Below are positions 17,601-25,599 of a DNA stretch of 64,000 nt, piece after piece. The DNA is taken from sequence record NC_061447.1. One strand, written 5' to 3'. Numbering within the stretch: the first letter of the stretch is position 1; each line of letters begins with the position of its first letter. The notes beneath the pieces are model-generated. The model was not told where the DNA came from. It did not search any database and saw only the letters and a program-made list of their open reading frames with translations. The position numbers were made by a program, and so were the translations under genes.

Positions 17601-19152
17601 CGACAGGAGTGATCTCACCAAACGAAGCATAGATGGAAGTCAGGTAATCACCACGCAACACCTTAGACTTGAGGACGTTCTCAACAATCTCGGTATGTTC
17701 GCTGGTGGTACGCGCTTGTGCAATGCCAAGCTTTGACGTCCCATCATTATAGGTCACAGCATACTTGAGTGCAATCTCCTCGCCTTGAGGTATTTCATCA
17801 TCGACGATGATACGCAACTCAGTAGGCACCAAGTCTTTGACGCTGCGGTTAACATCGAACTCCTGCGTCTTGGACATATCAAACTGTCCTTGATACGCAA
17901 CACTGATATCGATCTTCGAATCTGCATCAACGCTAGGCAACAGGAGAGTCGTGCCGTTGAACGTACCGAGAGATGCCGACAGAGAGATCATGCCGCTATC
18001 GGTTAGTTCTTTTGTTGCGCCAGTAGATAGGTACTTACCGTACACGCGAACTTTGGCACTGGCGTTACCGTACAGCGTAGGGCACTCGATGACCAATTCA
18101 TCAGGGTCGGGCTCAACACCCATTGGGTAAATACGCGACTCCAGTTGCTGCTGAGTGCCGTTGTAGGTCAGAGTCAGGTTGATGACAGAGATGGCCAGCG
18201 GTTCATTAAAGCGAACAGCATTACCATCACGCTCTGCAATCCACGTTGAGTCTTCTACCCACACTTCAACCGTTTCTTCTGTGTTGTCGCTGTAGTTAAC
18301 GATAGCACCGAATGTAGTCCACTCACCACCACGAATAAACTCAGGCTGAATGAATGAGATAGACTTTTGCAACGGTCGACCAACATTGAATCGACGAACA
18401 GGCTCGACAACTACATGAGCACCGAGATACAGTTTGGCGCCAATGTTTATCGCAGCGTAGACGCCCTCTAATACTTCTTCGATGGGTGCCCACTGATAGA
18501 ACAGGTCTGCGATACGTCGATAGAACATTGCCGAACGCGCAGTGTATTGCTGCACATCGTTGTTAACTGGCTCGAAGCCGATGTGGTTGTTAAACCAATC
18601 TTCGGCCTCTTGTTGCGTCATGCCTACTTCTTGCAGTGCATTAACAACATCCTTCTCGGCGTCTTTCGTGATCGTCAGGTCAAGGCCACCATCAATCAGA
18701 TGGGCGTCAACTTCAAGGTTAACCTTGTTAGACTTATACCACGTACCGCCATCTTGAATCAGAGTGCCTAGTGGAGTAGGAACGAACGTCTGATAGTCAG
18801 CGGTGTACAGGCGAGAAGAATCAAACTGACCACCGAGTAACATGCCTACGAACTTAGGCCACTGAGTTGTACCAGATACTTGCTGCCAGTCAGGCAAGCA
18901 GTCGATAACACGTTTCAATGACGGCAAACGATACTGCATCAGGTCACGCGTAATGTTGATGCCGAGCTGGCGAATACTCGCTTCGGCCAGCTCGTCGTTT
19001 GTGTCACCGTTGATGCGACGAAGATTAAGCAGTTGCTCAATGGTCTTGAGGTTCTGCTCGTCGTTGTGTGCATCGAGAATCTCGAACAACTCCGCCCATG
19101 ATTCGTTGGCTTCAAGGAAGTCAATGTTAAAGGCTAGAGTGTTTGATTTCAC
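14617..19152 (-). CDS. Large baseplate wedge protein (P2 gpI / T4 gp7-like N-terminus) with many Ig-like domains
   Basis: Directly follows the gp6/J-like gene. N-terminal QLGINITRDL...LPDWQQVSGT. Repeated I.I.(G/C)PD.(V/M).E...(L/Y)..TY.DG Ig-like units. 1511 aa. Confidence 0.7.
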   Translation of the reverse strand: MKSNTLAFNIDFLEANESWAELFEILDAHNDEQNLKTIEQLLNLRRINGDTNDELAEASIRQLGINITRDLMQYRLPSLKRVIDCLPDWQQVSGTTQWPKFVGMLLGGQFDSSRLYTADYQTFVPTPLGTLIQDGGTWYKSNKVNLEVDAHLIDGGLDLTITKDAEKDVVNALQEVGMTQQEAEDWFNNHIGFEPVNNDVQQYTARSAMFYRRIADLFYQWAPIEEVLEGVYAAINIGAKLYLGAHVVVEPVRRFNVGRPLQKSISFIQPEFIRGGEWTTFGAIVNYSDNTEETVEVWVEDSTWIAERDGNAVRFNEPLAISVINLTLTYNGTQQQLESRIYPMGVEPDPDELVIECPTLYGNASAKVRVYGKYLSTGATKELTDSGMISLSASLGTFNGTTLLLPSVDADSKIDISVAYQGQFDMSKTQEFDVNRSVKDLVPTELRIIVDDEIPQGEEIALKYAVTYNDGTSKLGIAQARTTSEHTEIVENVLKSKVLRGDYLTSIYASFGEITPVEAVKQVTLKAPDIKLATIDLVVPETVVERDIIRPKAMALYVLASATQAQIDARDPTIVVAYTEVYGLWFSSEDTATAVNALPRVDTQTGEFEAPLVSGDAVKYALNFTFIDGSATVTFNRIILVNDTIMIPKSVDLRSSPTISSGSTLMLPVVCLWNNGLSYAAAAAVKVEYIPSDSAKEEARARTVRLQQQAVEQGQDPSQFDPDHPDYARWVTLTVSLSNNTVYDPVMGRSTKEYVLYYQGDLHGSARITMEYEYDGTHLTNYRDLQLIPTRSLVNSITIECPDTMYEKTRTFVRLLATYVDGTQEYVTAAEWVGNWPEKEEDEYKFLQFSPGRYSGMAVVEIIEGRTPLDYKDFRSMDVSKLPMFNAIGSIADLNKSYYDGAILQTGKLKYEYDTYTQVIASFFRVSNKIDMIVSPSPKQSINNIINSRIEGATQISADVLSESYTLVNTYKTGGVMRTLDGSYAEETPKTFDLEVDSEWAVVQNYYTQPGPNNTPVLIPTTDSVAEIDADGSLTPSQNVNGAVLIRARFTCDQYQIEKTLLVFLVQANTYLRQIGIVGPDVVWDVSDRNPTIGYENGRWYVPYSLRVIIDPDDELTTTDAIWSIGDETNVDGVSIDPLNGHLFIGQSQLSDGLINLRAVFTKQNPQSLADETITGFRTIELHTQNTILNGYIENPPGNISPNTDYRFTAFYTRRSGATGSSRLPDANSVKFKWNIVESVSGFTLAQDGTFRFPASKDPQKVKVECIITEQRTEISLVQEITCPGIGFPQDLSVGGYTNVRDDSSMQMNALLGRTGTFVKEDVSSKCLWQVTNSKGDVVDVQGISINSQTGRLTIGLLLNDTDFGVKAIYIEGQQTLTQTHFMKAMSSYPRFGVAPFGITGVSIALAQLPTRLRSKTGGQFVLSTKQDEYGYFVVRQSYGNAVFAAAADGTGNVNKGWQGFDGAQWPVTGDNGKKGPIVGKIVYDNLTENVLIYRTNARAFGSSVITVRYQ

Positions 19153-20612
19153 TGGTTCATCTTCCTTTCACTGTAGGTGATATTGATGCGAAGGTTACGC
19201 AGCGCAACATACTCCAGCACCGTGTTAGGAATGATATCCTGAACAGGACTTTCAATGTTGCAATAGTCCACTTCTGGGCGACGTGCAGGTTGGTCTGGAT
19301 CAGTCCAATCGTATAGCACACGATCTGTAATGTCAGACAGCGCCAGACGTTTACCCAGCAGACCAGGACGACGCTCAAACAGTTTCAGCACCGATTGTTC
19401 GAGAGTTGCCTGATTGGATTCACGCGTACCAGGAGCATCGGCATACAGCGCAACGTTAAGCGTACAGTCAATCTGTAGCTTCTCTGGGTTCCATGATTGA
19501 ACGTCGAGCGGGCTATTGAATTGAGCCAGCCACGTCAGGAACTTGTTCCATTGCGCAGAGCTTGGGTTAGGATTGATACCACCCCAAGTGCTGGTGTTAC
19601 GAGGCAGTACGCACACACGCACGACACCTTGCCACTCACGATCATTAGGAGCAATCTCTGCCTGACCCTGAACAACAACGTCAGCAACATCTGGATAGAG
19701 CGCGATAGCAGCTTTCCATTCGTCGCGGCGAATCAGCTTCTTACGGCTACGGCCTACGATTGGTGCGTAGTTACGATAGTAATCAACAGGCGTTTCATCA
19801 GAGCCGCCTAAGATCGCACTCACTGTCTTACCTTGCAACTGTGGATTAGACAGACACTGCACTTTAAGACCTGTGCTGTCTGTATTACCACTGGCACCGA
19901 TTGACTTGATACCCTGCACACGCAACGTATAACCAGCTGGTGGTTGTGCTCCCCACTGCTCGCCGCCAAACTGAATCTCAACGTCACCTTCATCGGTTGT
20001 TACATCGAGGAAGATCTGCTGGTCAGCGTATGCTTCAAACAGACACTTGGTGAAGCGTTGATACTCAATACGTGTGCCAGTAGGATGTTCGAACCACACA
20101 CGAATATCGTCGGTAAGCTGGAAGTTTTCAGTGCCGAGCTTAATCGACATGTAATCGACAGGCGTAGGAACAATCTGACTGAACGTAAACACTTCACCAA
20201 TAATGAAGTCAACGTTCTTCACTTCGCCTGGTTCCCACTGCGTTACTTCCGCAAGCAGAGCATTGAACGTGCCGATAGTGAATGGTGTGTACTTGTCGTA
20301 GGATTGTTTTACAGAGCTTAGGTTAGCAACTGAGGCAGTAACCGTAGACACTGATTTGCGTCCGATATCCACACCAAGATAACGAGCGTTAGCAAGGATA
20401 GAAGTGTTACGACGAGCGAGTCGGCTGAATGCTTCACGCGCAGCAATCAAGGACGCATAGGCATTCGTTACACCGAGATCACCAAGCGCATCAGCAAGCA
20501 ACGAGGTCAATGAACTAACCTGTGCATCAGTCCAATGGCTGGAGCTGTTAATACGATTCAGGAAGTCTTGTGCAAACTCCTCATGAGTCGTGTAGGTATT
20601 TAGCATGGACAT
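19149..20612 (-). CDS. Baseplate wedge protein, T4 gp6 / P2 gpJ-like
   Basis: REAFSRLARRNTSILANARYLG and GGSDETPVDYYRNYAP...LIRRDEW motifs typical of gp6/baseplate J. Follows the gp25-like gene. Confidence 0.85.
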   Translation of the reverse strand: MSMLNTYTTHEEFAQDFLNRINSSSHWTDAQVSSLTSLLADALGDLGVTNAYASLIAAREAFSRLARRNTSILANARYLGVDIGRKSVSTVTASVANLSSVKQSYDKYTPFTIGTFNALLAEVTQWEPGEVKNVDFIIGEVFTFSQIVPTPVDYMSIKLGTENFQLTDDIRVWFEHPTGTRIEYQRFTKCLFEAYADQQIFLDVTTDEGDVEIQFGGEQWGAQPPAGYTLRVQGIKSIGASGNTDSTGLKVQCLSNPQLQGKTVSAILGGSDETPVDYYRNYAPIVGRSRKKLIRRDEWKAAIALYPDVADVVVQGQAEIAPNDREWQGVVRVCVLPRNTSTWGGINPNPSSAQWNKFLTWLAQFNSPLDVQSWNPEKLQIDCTLNVALYADAPGTRESNQATLEQSVLKLFERRPGLLGKRLALSDITDRVLYDWTDPDQPARRPEVDYCNIESPVQDIIPNTVLEYVALRNLRINITYSERKMNQ

Positions 20613-20613
20613 G

Positions 20614-21036
20614 TTACTGTGACCTCATTGCAAACGTAATTGATTGTTTGTCTTCGAGCTTCGGACAACGCCATGTGACTACACATACGTAGGTCTGATC
20701 AAATTGATCGCTGGCAGTACATGCGGTTTGCACGTTCGTCACATCCTGCGTCAGACCATTGTACGGGTCTTCGAGTGCAAGGCGCATATACGTTGCAATC
20801 CAGTCGGCCGTCGTTTGGTCGAACGGCTCAAAGAGATATTGATACACGTCAGCGCCGAAGTTCTCACGCCACTTACGGGATTTCTTGCGCGTACCAATTA
20901 CCATCAGAATCTTCTGGACGATGCTGTCCATGTTCTGAACATTATCACGCGGTTCAAGTTGAATCCACGCATTGATATCACAATAGATGCGCTCACTAAT
21001 AGGCACATCTATCAGTCTAATTCCGATTCCTGCCAT
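20614..21036 (-). CDS. Baseplate wedge subunit, T4 gp25 / gpW-like
   Basis: SIVQKILMVIGTRKKSRKWRENFGADVYQYLFEPFDQTTA matches the gp25-family pattern. Confidence 0.85.
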   Translation of the reverse strand: MAGIGIRLIDVPISERIYCDINAWIQLEPRDNVQNMDSIVQKILMVIGTRKKSRKWRENFGADVYQYLFEPFDQTTADWIATYMRLALEDPYNGLTQDVTNVQTACTASDQFDQTYVCVVTWRCPKLEDKQSITFAMRSQ

Positions 21037-21326
21037 CAGCCAAATCTCACGTTAGAACTACCGTTAGATGCTGTGTCGCCACAACTGTTTGCGTCACCAG
21101 CACGTTGAGCTGGCTTGCCGTTGACGCGCACACTGGAGCTTGAAGTAGCTTTACCTGTATGAGGAGGCTTCTTTGGTTTCCAGTGTGGGCGATAGCTATC
21201 GCCTTGGCGAACACTCCCTTTCCCATTCACGAATACGTTAGACGAAGCCTGCGCAGGAACAACAGGAAAATAACCGCTGTGCCCTGTAGACAGATCTGTG
21301 CCTAAACGAATAGCAGGTTTACCCAT
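21036..21326 (-). CDS. PAAR-repeat spike tip protein (T4 gp5.4-like)
   Basis: KPAIRLGTD..TGH, VFVNGK...RQGD, VRVNGKPAQRAGD..SCG motifs, 96 aa. Confidence 0.92.
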   Translation of the reverse strand: MGKPAIRLGTDLSTGHSGYFPVVPAQASSNVFVNGKGSVRQGDSYRPHWKPKKPPHTGKATSSSSVRVNGKPAQRAGDANSCGDTASNGSSNVRFG

Positions 21327-21447
21327 TTCTATTTGCCTTCATTGGAGGGATTTTAGGAGAGCGCGGAGGGCTGATTTTCTGTCTCTCAAGTTTCTTCTTG
21401 CCGTCTTTTACGTCAAAGAATAACTTCCAATCAGTACATCGACACAT
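21319..21447 (-). CDS. Small basic ORF (42 aa, MCRCTDWKLFFDVKDGKKKLERQKISPPRSPKIPPMKANRNG)
   Basis: Below the track cut-off. AGAGGAG RBS 7 nt before the ATG, GCTAATTT motif upstream, stop overlaps the PAAR start. Confidence 0.65.
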   Translation of the reverse strand: MCRCTDWKLFFDVKDGKKKLERQKISPPRSPKIPPMKANRNG

Positions 21448-21470
21448 AACTATTCTCCTCTGTTAGGCAC

Positions 21471-21478
21471 AAATTAGC
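21471..21478 (-). promoter_or_regulatory. Candidate late-promoter motif GCTAATTT (copy 2)
   Basis: Exact intergenic copy between the terminator at 21493-21524 and ATG 21447. Confidence 0.55.
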
Positions 21479-21492
21479 TTGTTGCGCAGTAG

Positions 21493-21524
21493 AAACGAAA
21501 ACGGGCGACCCGAAGGCCACCCGT
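21493..21524 (-). terminator. Rho-independent terminator with cUUCGg loop
   Basis: ACGGGTGGCC-TTCG-GGTCGCCCGT followed by TTTCGTTTCT on the minus strand. Confidence 0.85.
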
Positions 21525-21556
21525 TTTCTAGTGCTTGGATTTGTGTCGTTACTCCC

Positions 21557-21715
21557 TTACGCCCGATGCAAGTGCCCTACGGCCGAAGCCGGTGAGCTGG
21601 AGTGGAAGACCGAGAGTGAAGCCGCACGCCACGGCAACAGTAAGTGACTCTCGGGCCTAGATAGATCGTGACCAAGCATCACGATTGCTATCAACGACAC
21701 TAAGAACAAAATCAT
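21557..21715 (-). CDS. Putative small membrane peptide (52 aa, MILFLVSLIAIVMLGHDLSRPESHLLLPWRAASLSVFHSSSPASAVGHLHRA)
   Basis: AGGAG 5 nt before the ATG, 14 N-terminal residues nearly all hydrophobic, ends just before the terminator. The coding region is itself highly base-paired, so translation is unproven. Confidence 0.45.
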   Translation of the reverse strand: MILFLVSLIAIVMLGHDLSRPESHLLLPWRAASLSVFHSSSPASAVGHLHRA

Positions 21716-21773
21716 GTTTGCTCCTGTGTCTCCCTATAAGTAAAACATTTGCAAATGTCGATCAAGTTACTTC

Positions 21774-22184
21774 GAATCGCCCTTCGCCCAACATCACTAG
21801 AGTTTCGATTCTTTTTCTCTCTTTACCGCCTGGGTTGCGGCGAGCCGCGCACAAGAACAACGCTTCAACCATACGTGGGCAAGGAGGCACGTACCGTATT
21901 CACATCGCTCAAGCGAAGGAGGTCTCCCATCGGTGATCTGCGGTGGTTAATACACTCTTTAACAATCGCTCTTGTTGTGCATTAGATCGTGGTAGGAACG
22001 CGATTGACCGCTAACAAGTCCTATACGATATTTCACTACCCGGAAAAGTGGGCAAGCTATGGCAGCACGTCAACGACAGCAGGCGCGGACACACTCCATT
22101 GAACATTGTTAAGGGCAATGCTCAACAGGCTGTGAACAGCTTTGACCAAACGTAGAGTCGCTCGTCGCCCAACATCACTTGAGT
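21774..22184. repeat. 30-nt direct repeat (26/30 identical) at 21774-21803 and 22155-22184
   Basis: GAATCGCCCTTCGCCCAACATCACTAGAGT versus GAGTCGCTCGTCGCCCAACATCACTTGAGT. Each copy is enclosed by its own, different stem. Confidence 0.85.
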
Positions 22185-22727
22185 ATCTCGTCTACGTTCT
22201 TTTACTCCCTGAATACCGTACAAGGAAGACGGCGCTCATGAGGGTCTGCGGATGTTTATCACTCTCAGACTCTTGAGCCACTATCTGGAAGCTAACACGT
22301 TGAGTCGTCCGCTGGATGACGTGTTAACTCTCCTCTCCCCGTCGTGCGAGGGCCAGAGTGGTAGCTGATGGATTGTCATGAAGTCCTGACCTAGGTCATC
22401 GCTTCCCAATGCGCACAAAGTGAGAGGATATGCGCATCAGGCAGCGGAGGCTGCGGTATTGCTATCCCTATTAGATGGTTCACAGCGTTGAGAATACGCT
22501 CCAACCATCTACGCGCCTAAGAGGCAGTTGCCGTGCCATGTCTGTCAACGATGAAATCAGCTGGGCCTTTTGAGCGTCAGCAGCAGAGCAACCGTCTATC
22601 GCGTGGGTGCCGGGGTTGTCCTCACGATTACAGAGCTTACACTCAAACCGGCTGGAGGCCTATGTGTTGGCAAGAACAACTCACAGGTTTATGGCTCCCG
22701 GAGAGCGCCCGCTAAGTACACTCTCCG

Positions 22728-22756
22728 ATGATACAACTTGATATTACTATCTGCAA
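22728..22756 (-). promoter_or_regulatory. Sigma70-type promoter TTGCAG-N17-TATCAT with AT-rich UP element
   Basis: -35 at 22751-22756, -10 at 22728-22733, exact 17-nt spacer, upstream AAATCTGTAAATAAAAA. Points into the ORF-less region, TSS about 22721. Confidence 0.75.
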
Positions 22757-22772
22757 TTTTTATTTACAGATT

Positions 22773-24536
22773 TTAGAACGCTTTACGTTCGATATTCGAA
22801 TATAAAGTTTCATACGGCTCAGAGTACAACTCAGGTCCACGCTGTGCGCGAATCGTCACGTAGCCCGTATGACGGTTGAATGCAATAATCTCGACCGTAG
22901 GCTGTTTAGGCTTGATGGTCGCATAGATAGGAGCATTCATTGTTGGTTCGTCTGTCTGAATCTTATTTACAGATTGCAGAGCAGCGCCCGAGATGTTCGG
23001 CAGATTAAAACGCAGTTCAGCGCGTTTCTGGCCAAACGCAGTACGCAGCATACCGGCTTCCAGTGGCACACCATTCTGCTTGAGGTACGCAGCGATGCGA
23101 CGGCCGATGCCTGTGAGCTGGTCACGGGTGCGTGGGTCGAATGTACCTTCGAAGCTGATTGCTTCTGATGGTTGACGTACAGACAGGTGCAGACCAGTGT
23201 TGAAGTAGCCTTCGGTCAGCAGACGCAGAACCTCTTTGACGACTTCTTTAGTGTTAGGCTTGATAGCAGCGATACGCAGTTCAGGCACGTCCACTTTCAC
23301 AGGGTCACGCAGTTCGGTCTGGTTGTCCATGTAACCGAGAGATACGTGCTTTGCGTTGGTGTACGTGTGTTGCAGAACACCAGTAGCGCGAATCAGCACC
23401 GAGCCACCTTTAGATTGATCGTAGAGTTCATCGCTGGTGGTTGTGCTGAACAGGTAATAGTCGGTAGGAACAGCCATGCGATTAACAGCTTCAATCGCTT
23501 TGGTCTGCGCCTCTTTCACAGTAGCACCAAACACAATGCGACTGCGGTTAGGCTGGGCAGCAGATACAGGGAAGAACGCACCGTACACAACGCTTACGTT
23601 TTTCTTAATCGGCTTCTCAGACTGTACTTTCTTACCGCCAGGCAGAGAAGGCAGCTTAACGCCCACCAGCTTGCCTTTGACGATATGCTTGTTCTCTTTA
23701 ACAGGCTTGAGGCCGTCAATGAGTTTCGCCAGATCAGCACCGCTAAGAATCTTCTCCAGCGGAACAGCAAGGTTCTGCGGCAGATAGTGCTTCTTACGGA
23801 ACATGTAGATAACGGTGTCTTTCTTGATCTGCATTGGCGTAGCCATGTTGCGACCAATAACACCGACAGGCTGGAACGTGTTTGCTTTATCGTCAGCGAC
23901 TGCACCGAACTGCTTGGTGAACTCAGTCTGGCCGATGATGTTAGCTGCACGTAAGTGACCACGAACGATAAACACGATCTTCGGTTCATCTTTCATGCGC
24001 AACTCGTAACGGTCACGGTTCAGATAAACCATGCTGAACTTGTCGCCTTTCTCCAGCTCAAGATCGTACTCGTCGTTAGCGTCGTCGATAACAACTTTCT
24101 TACCCTGATAGGTAGCGTACACACGAGGGCCAGCAGATTCGGAAGCAATCTCCATGGCCTTACATGTGTTGGACATAGAGGCAGCGAAGTCCATGACAGC
24201 AGGCATCAGGTCGAACGAAGATGCCACTGCATACGGCTCACGCTTCTTACCAAGCTGTACGTGGACAGCGCTACTGCTGGACATGAACACAGTGTTACCA
24301 GTGTCTTCATGTGTGCCAGCGAAGTGCATACCACTGATACGTTCGATGATGTTTGCGTTAAGCGACTGGAAGTTTACTTCGCTTCCTGCGGTGAAGTCAT
24401 AAATCTCACCGTTGCGCCACGCATATGCCACGTTGTTGGAGCTAAGACCTACAAAAGCATCACCCAACTGACGCACGGTCAATGGCATGATGCTCAGGTC
24501 ACGAATAATCGAGGACTGCTTTTGAATGAGGTTCAT
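22773..24536 (-). CDS. Hypothetical protein (587 aa) carrying the repeated head-region domain
   Basis: Long ORF with RBS. Segment VYATYQGKKVVI...LEKGDKFSM...RYEL..KDEPKIVFIV is similar to N-termini of 36990..37664, 45559..46689 and 52806..54677. Confidence 0.8.
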   Translation of the reverse strand: MNLIQKQSSIIRDLSIMPLTVRQLGDAFVGLSSNNVAYAWRNGEIYDFTAGSEVNFQSLNANIIERISGMHFAGTHEDTGNTVFMSSSSAVHVQLGKKREPYAVASSFDLMPAVMDFAASMSNTCKAMEIASESAGPRVYATYQGKKVVIDDANDEYDLELEKGDKFSMVYLNRDRYELRMKDEPKIVFIVRGHLRAANIIGQTEFTKQFGAVADDKANTFQPVGVIGRNMATPMQIKKDTVIYMFRKKHYLPQNLAVPLEKILSGADLAKLIDGLKPVKENKHIVKGKLVGVKLPSLPGGKKVQSEKPIKKNVSVVYGAFFPVSAAQPNRSRIVFGATVKEAQTKAIEAVNRMAVPTDYYLFSTTTSDELYDQSKGGSVLIRATGVLQHTYTNAKHVSLGYMDNQTELRDPVKVDVPELRIAAIKPNTKEVVKEVLRLLTEGYFNTGLHLSVRQPSEAISFEGTFDPRTRDQLTGIGRRIAAYLKQNGVPLEAGMLRTAFGQKRAELRFNLPNISGAALQSVNKIQTDEPTMNAPIYATIKPKQPTVEIIAFNRHTGYVTIRAQRGPELYSEPYETLYSNIERKAF

Positions 24537-24544
24537 ATAAATCC

Positions 24545-24979
24545 CTAATACGAAACAATGCGGAAGGCATTCTGCTTGAGCAGATTGAGGTTACCAAGCA
24601 TCAGGCTATATGCCAGAGTGCCGTGATGTTCGATCAGATCATCAGGTACGATTGACCCGAAGTACAGGGCCTTATCTGGTCGAGCATTGATTTCCTCTCC
24701 AACAGACTTCATTGCGTCAGGGACAACGAAGCACCATGGTTCAGCAATATACTTGCCTTTGACGTACTGAATCCTATAACCAACAGCCATGTGTTGGCCT
24801 TTGGTAGGGCGGTACGCGAAAACATCCGTGTTCTGGTTGCGAGACTTCCTAACAGAGAACAATGCCATCGTGAGGAAGCGCTGTTCGAACTGCGGAATGA
24901 ATGCGTTGTCTTCGCAAATCTTTTTAAGTACCGCCTCTTGTCGAGCGCGCGGCATCGACGCGTAGAGGTTTAAGTTCAT
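24545..24979 (-). CDS. Hypothetical protein (144 aa)
   Basis: ATGA coupling to tmk, fills the gap, no recognisable motif. Confidence 0.75.
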   Translation of the reverse strand: MNLNLYASMPRARQEAVLKKICEDNAFIPQFEQRFLTMALFSVRKSRNQNTDVFAYRPTKGQHMAVGYRIQYVKGKYIAEPWCFVVPDAMKSVGEEINARPDKALYFGSIVPDDLIEHHGTLAYSLMLGNLNLLKQNAFRIVSY

Positions 24980-25590
24980 GACAACCGTGCGAGAATTTGA
25001 CGAACAACATCAGACACCGAATTAACCTCAGTGTCGATAATCAGATCGAAACCACCAGGCACTTCGAGGTAGCGTTGATTGTATTGCTCGTACACTTCTT
25101 TGGTCTGACGCTTTTCGATGCGGTCTTCACCGCCGATGCGAATCTTCCGACGCTCAACAGACGTTTCGTAACTACACGTCAACAGCACTGTCAGACGGTT
25201 CTCAGGAGCAAGCGCTTCCCAAGTATGCTGATAGATGTGCGCGTTAACGTCGGACTCACCTGCCTGATAAACGTAGGTAGATGGATAACCACGATCGGCA
25301 ATGATGATTGTGTTAGGTTCGTTTTCGAGAATGCGCTCATACGCAGTCATCGTCGAGGAACGGGCCGCAAGGAAGAGGAGCAGCTCGGTACGTGAATCCA
25401 TATCTTCATTAAGAGGATTTGAATTGGACAGCAGAACATCACGGATGTGCTCCGCGAGAGGTGTGCCGCCTGGTTCACGTAAACGCAGAGTGTTAACTCC
25501 ACGTTGCGTCAGTATCTCAGACAGAGCATTACATACAGTGGATTTACCACCACCCTCGCCGCCTTCGACTAAAATATAGGTTGGTTTCAT
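24976..25590 (-). CDS. tmk: Thymidylate (dTMP) kinase
   Basis: P-loop EGGEGGGKST, REPGGTPLAEHIR and IADRGYPSTYVYQ motifs. Confidence 0.93.
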   Translation of the reverse strand: MKPTYILVEGGEGGGKSTVCNALSEILTQRGVNTLRLREPGGTPLAEHIRDVLLSNSNPLNEDMDSRTELLLFLAARSSTMTAYERILENEPNTIIIADRGYPSTYVYQAGESDVNAHIYQHTWEALAPENRLTVLLTCSYETSVERRKIRIGGEDRIEKRQTKEVYEQYNQRYLEVPGGFDLIIDTEVNSVSDVVRQILARLS

Positions 25591-25599
25591 AATGAGTCC

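Larger units (their letters stand above)
21493..22721 (-). ncRNA. Putative long structured RNA (about 1.23 kb) of unknown family
   Basis: No minus-strand ORF of 60 aa or more in an otherwise wall-to-wall coding window. Bounded by a sigma70 promoter and a terminator. Many perfect 7-9 bp stems and an internal duplicated stem-loop. Confidence 0.65.

Noticed and set aside
22005-22033. Possible plus-strand promoter TTGACC-N17-GATATT that could drive an antisense (antitoxin-like) RNA
   Set aside because: The -10 lacks the conserved first T and no matching plus-strand terminator was found, so it is too weak to call.
21685-22715. Plus-strand ORFs 21685..21936, 21749..21985 and 22533..22715 in the gap
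   Set aside because: Non-ATG or RBS-less starts, no promoter or terminator in that orientation, and implausible composition.
21493-22721. Known RNA classes for the non-coding unit (tRNA, tmRNA, RNase P, group I or II intron)
   Set aside because: No T-loop GGTTCGA/CCA end, no GGGG...TCCACCA termini or ALAA-type tag, no GGAAAGTCC, no group II domain V, no clear group I P7 elements, and no interrupted host gene. A covariance search is still needed for certainty.
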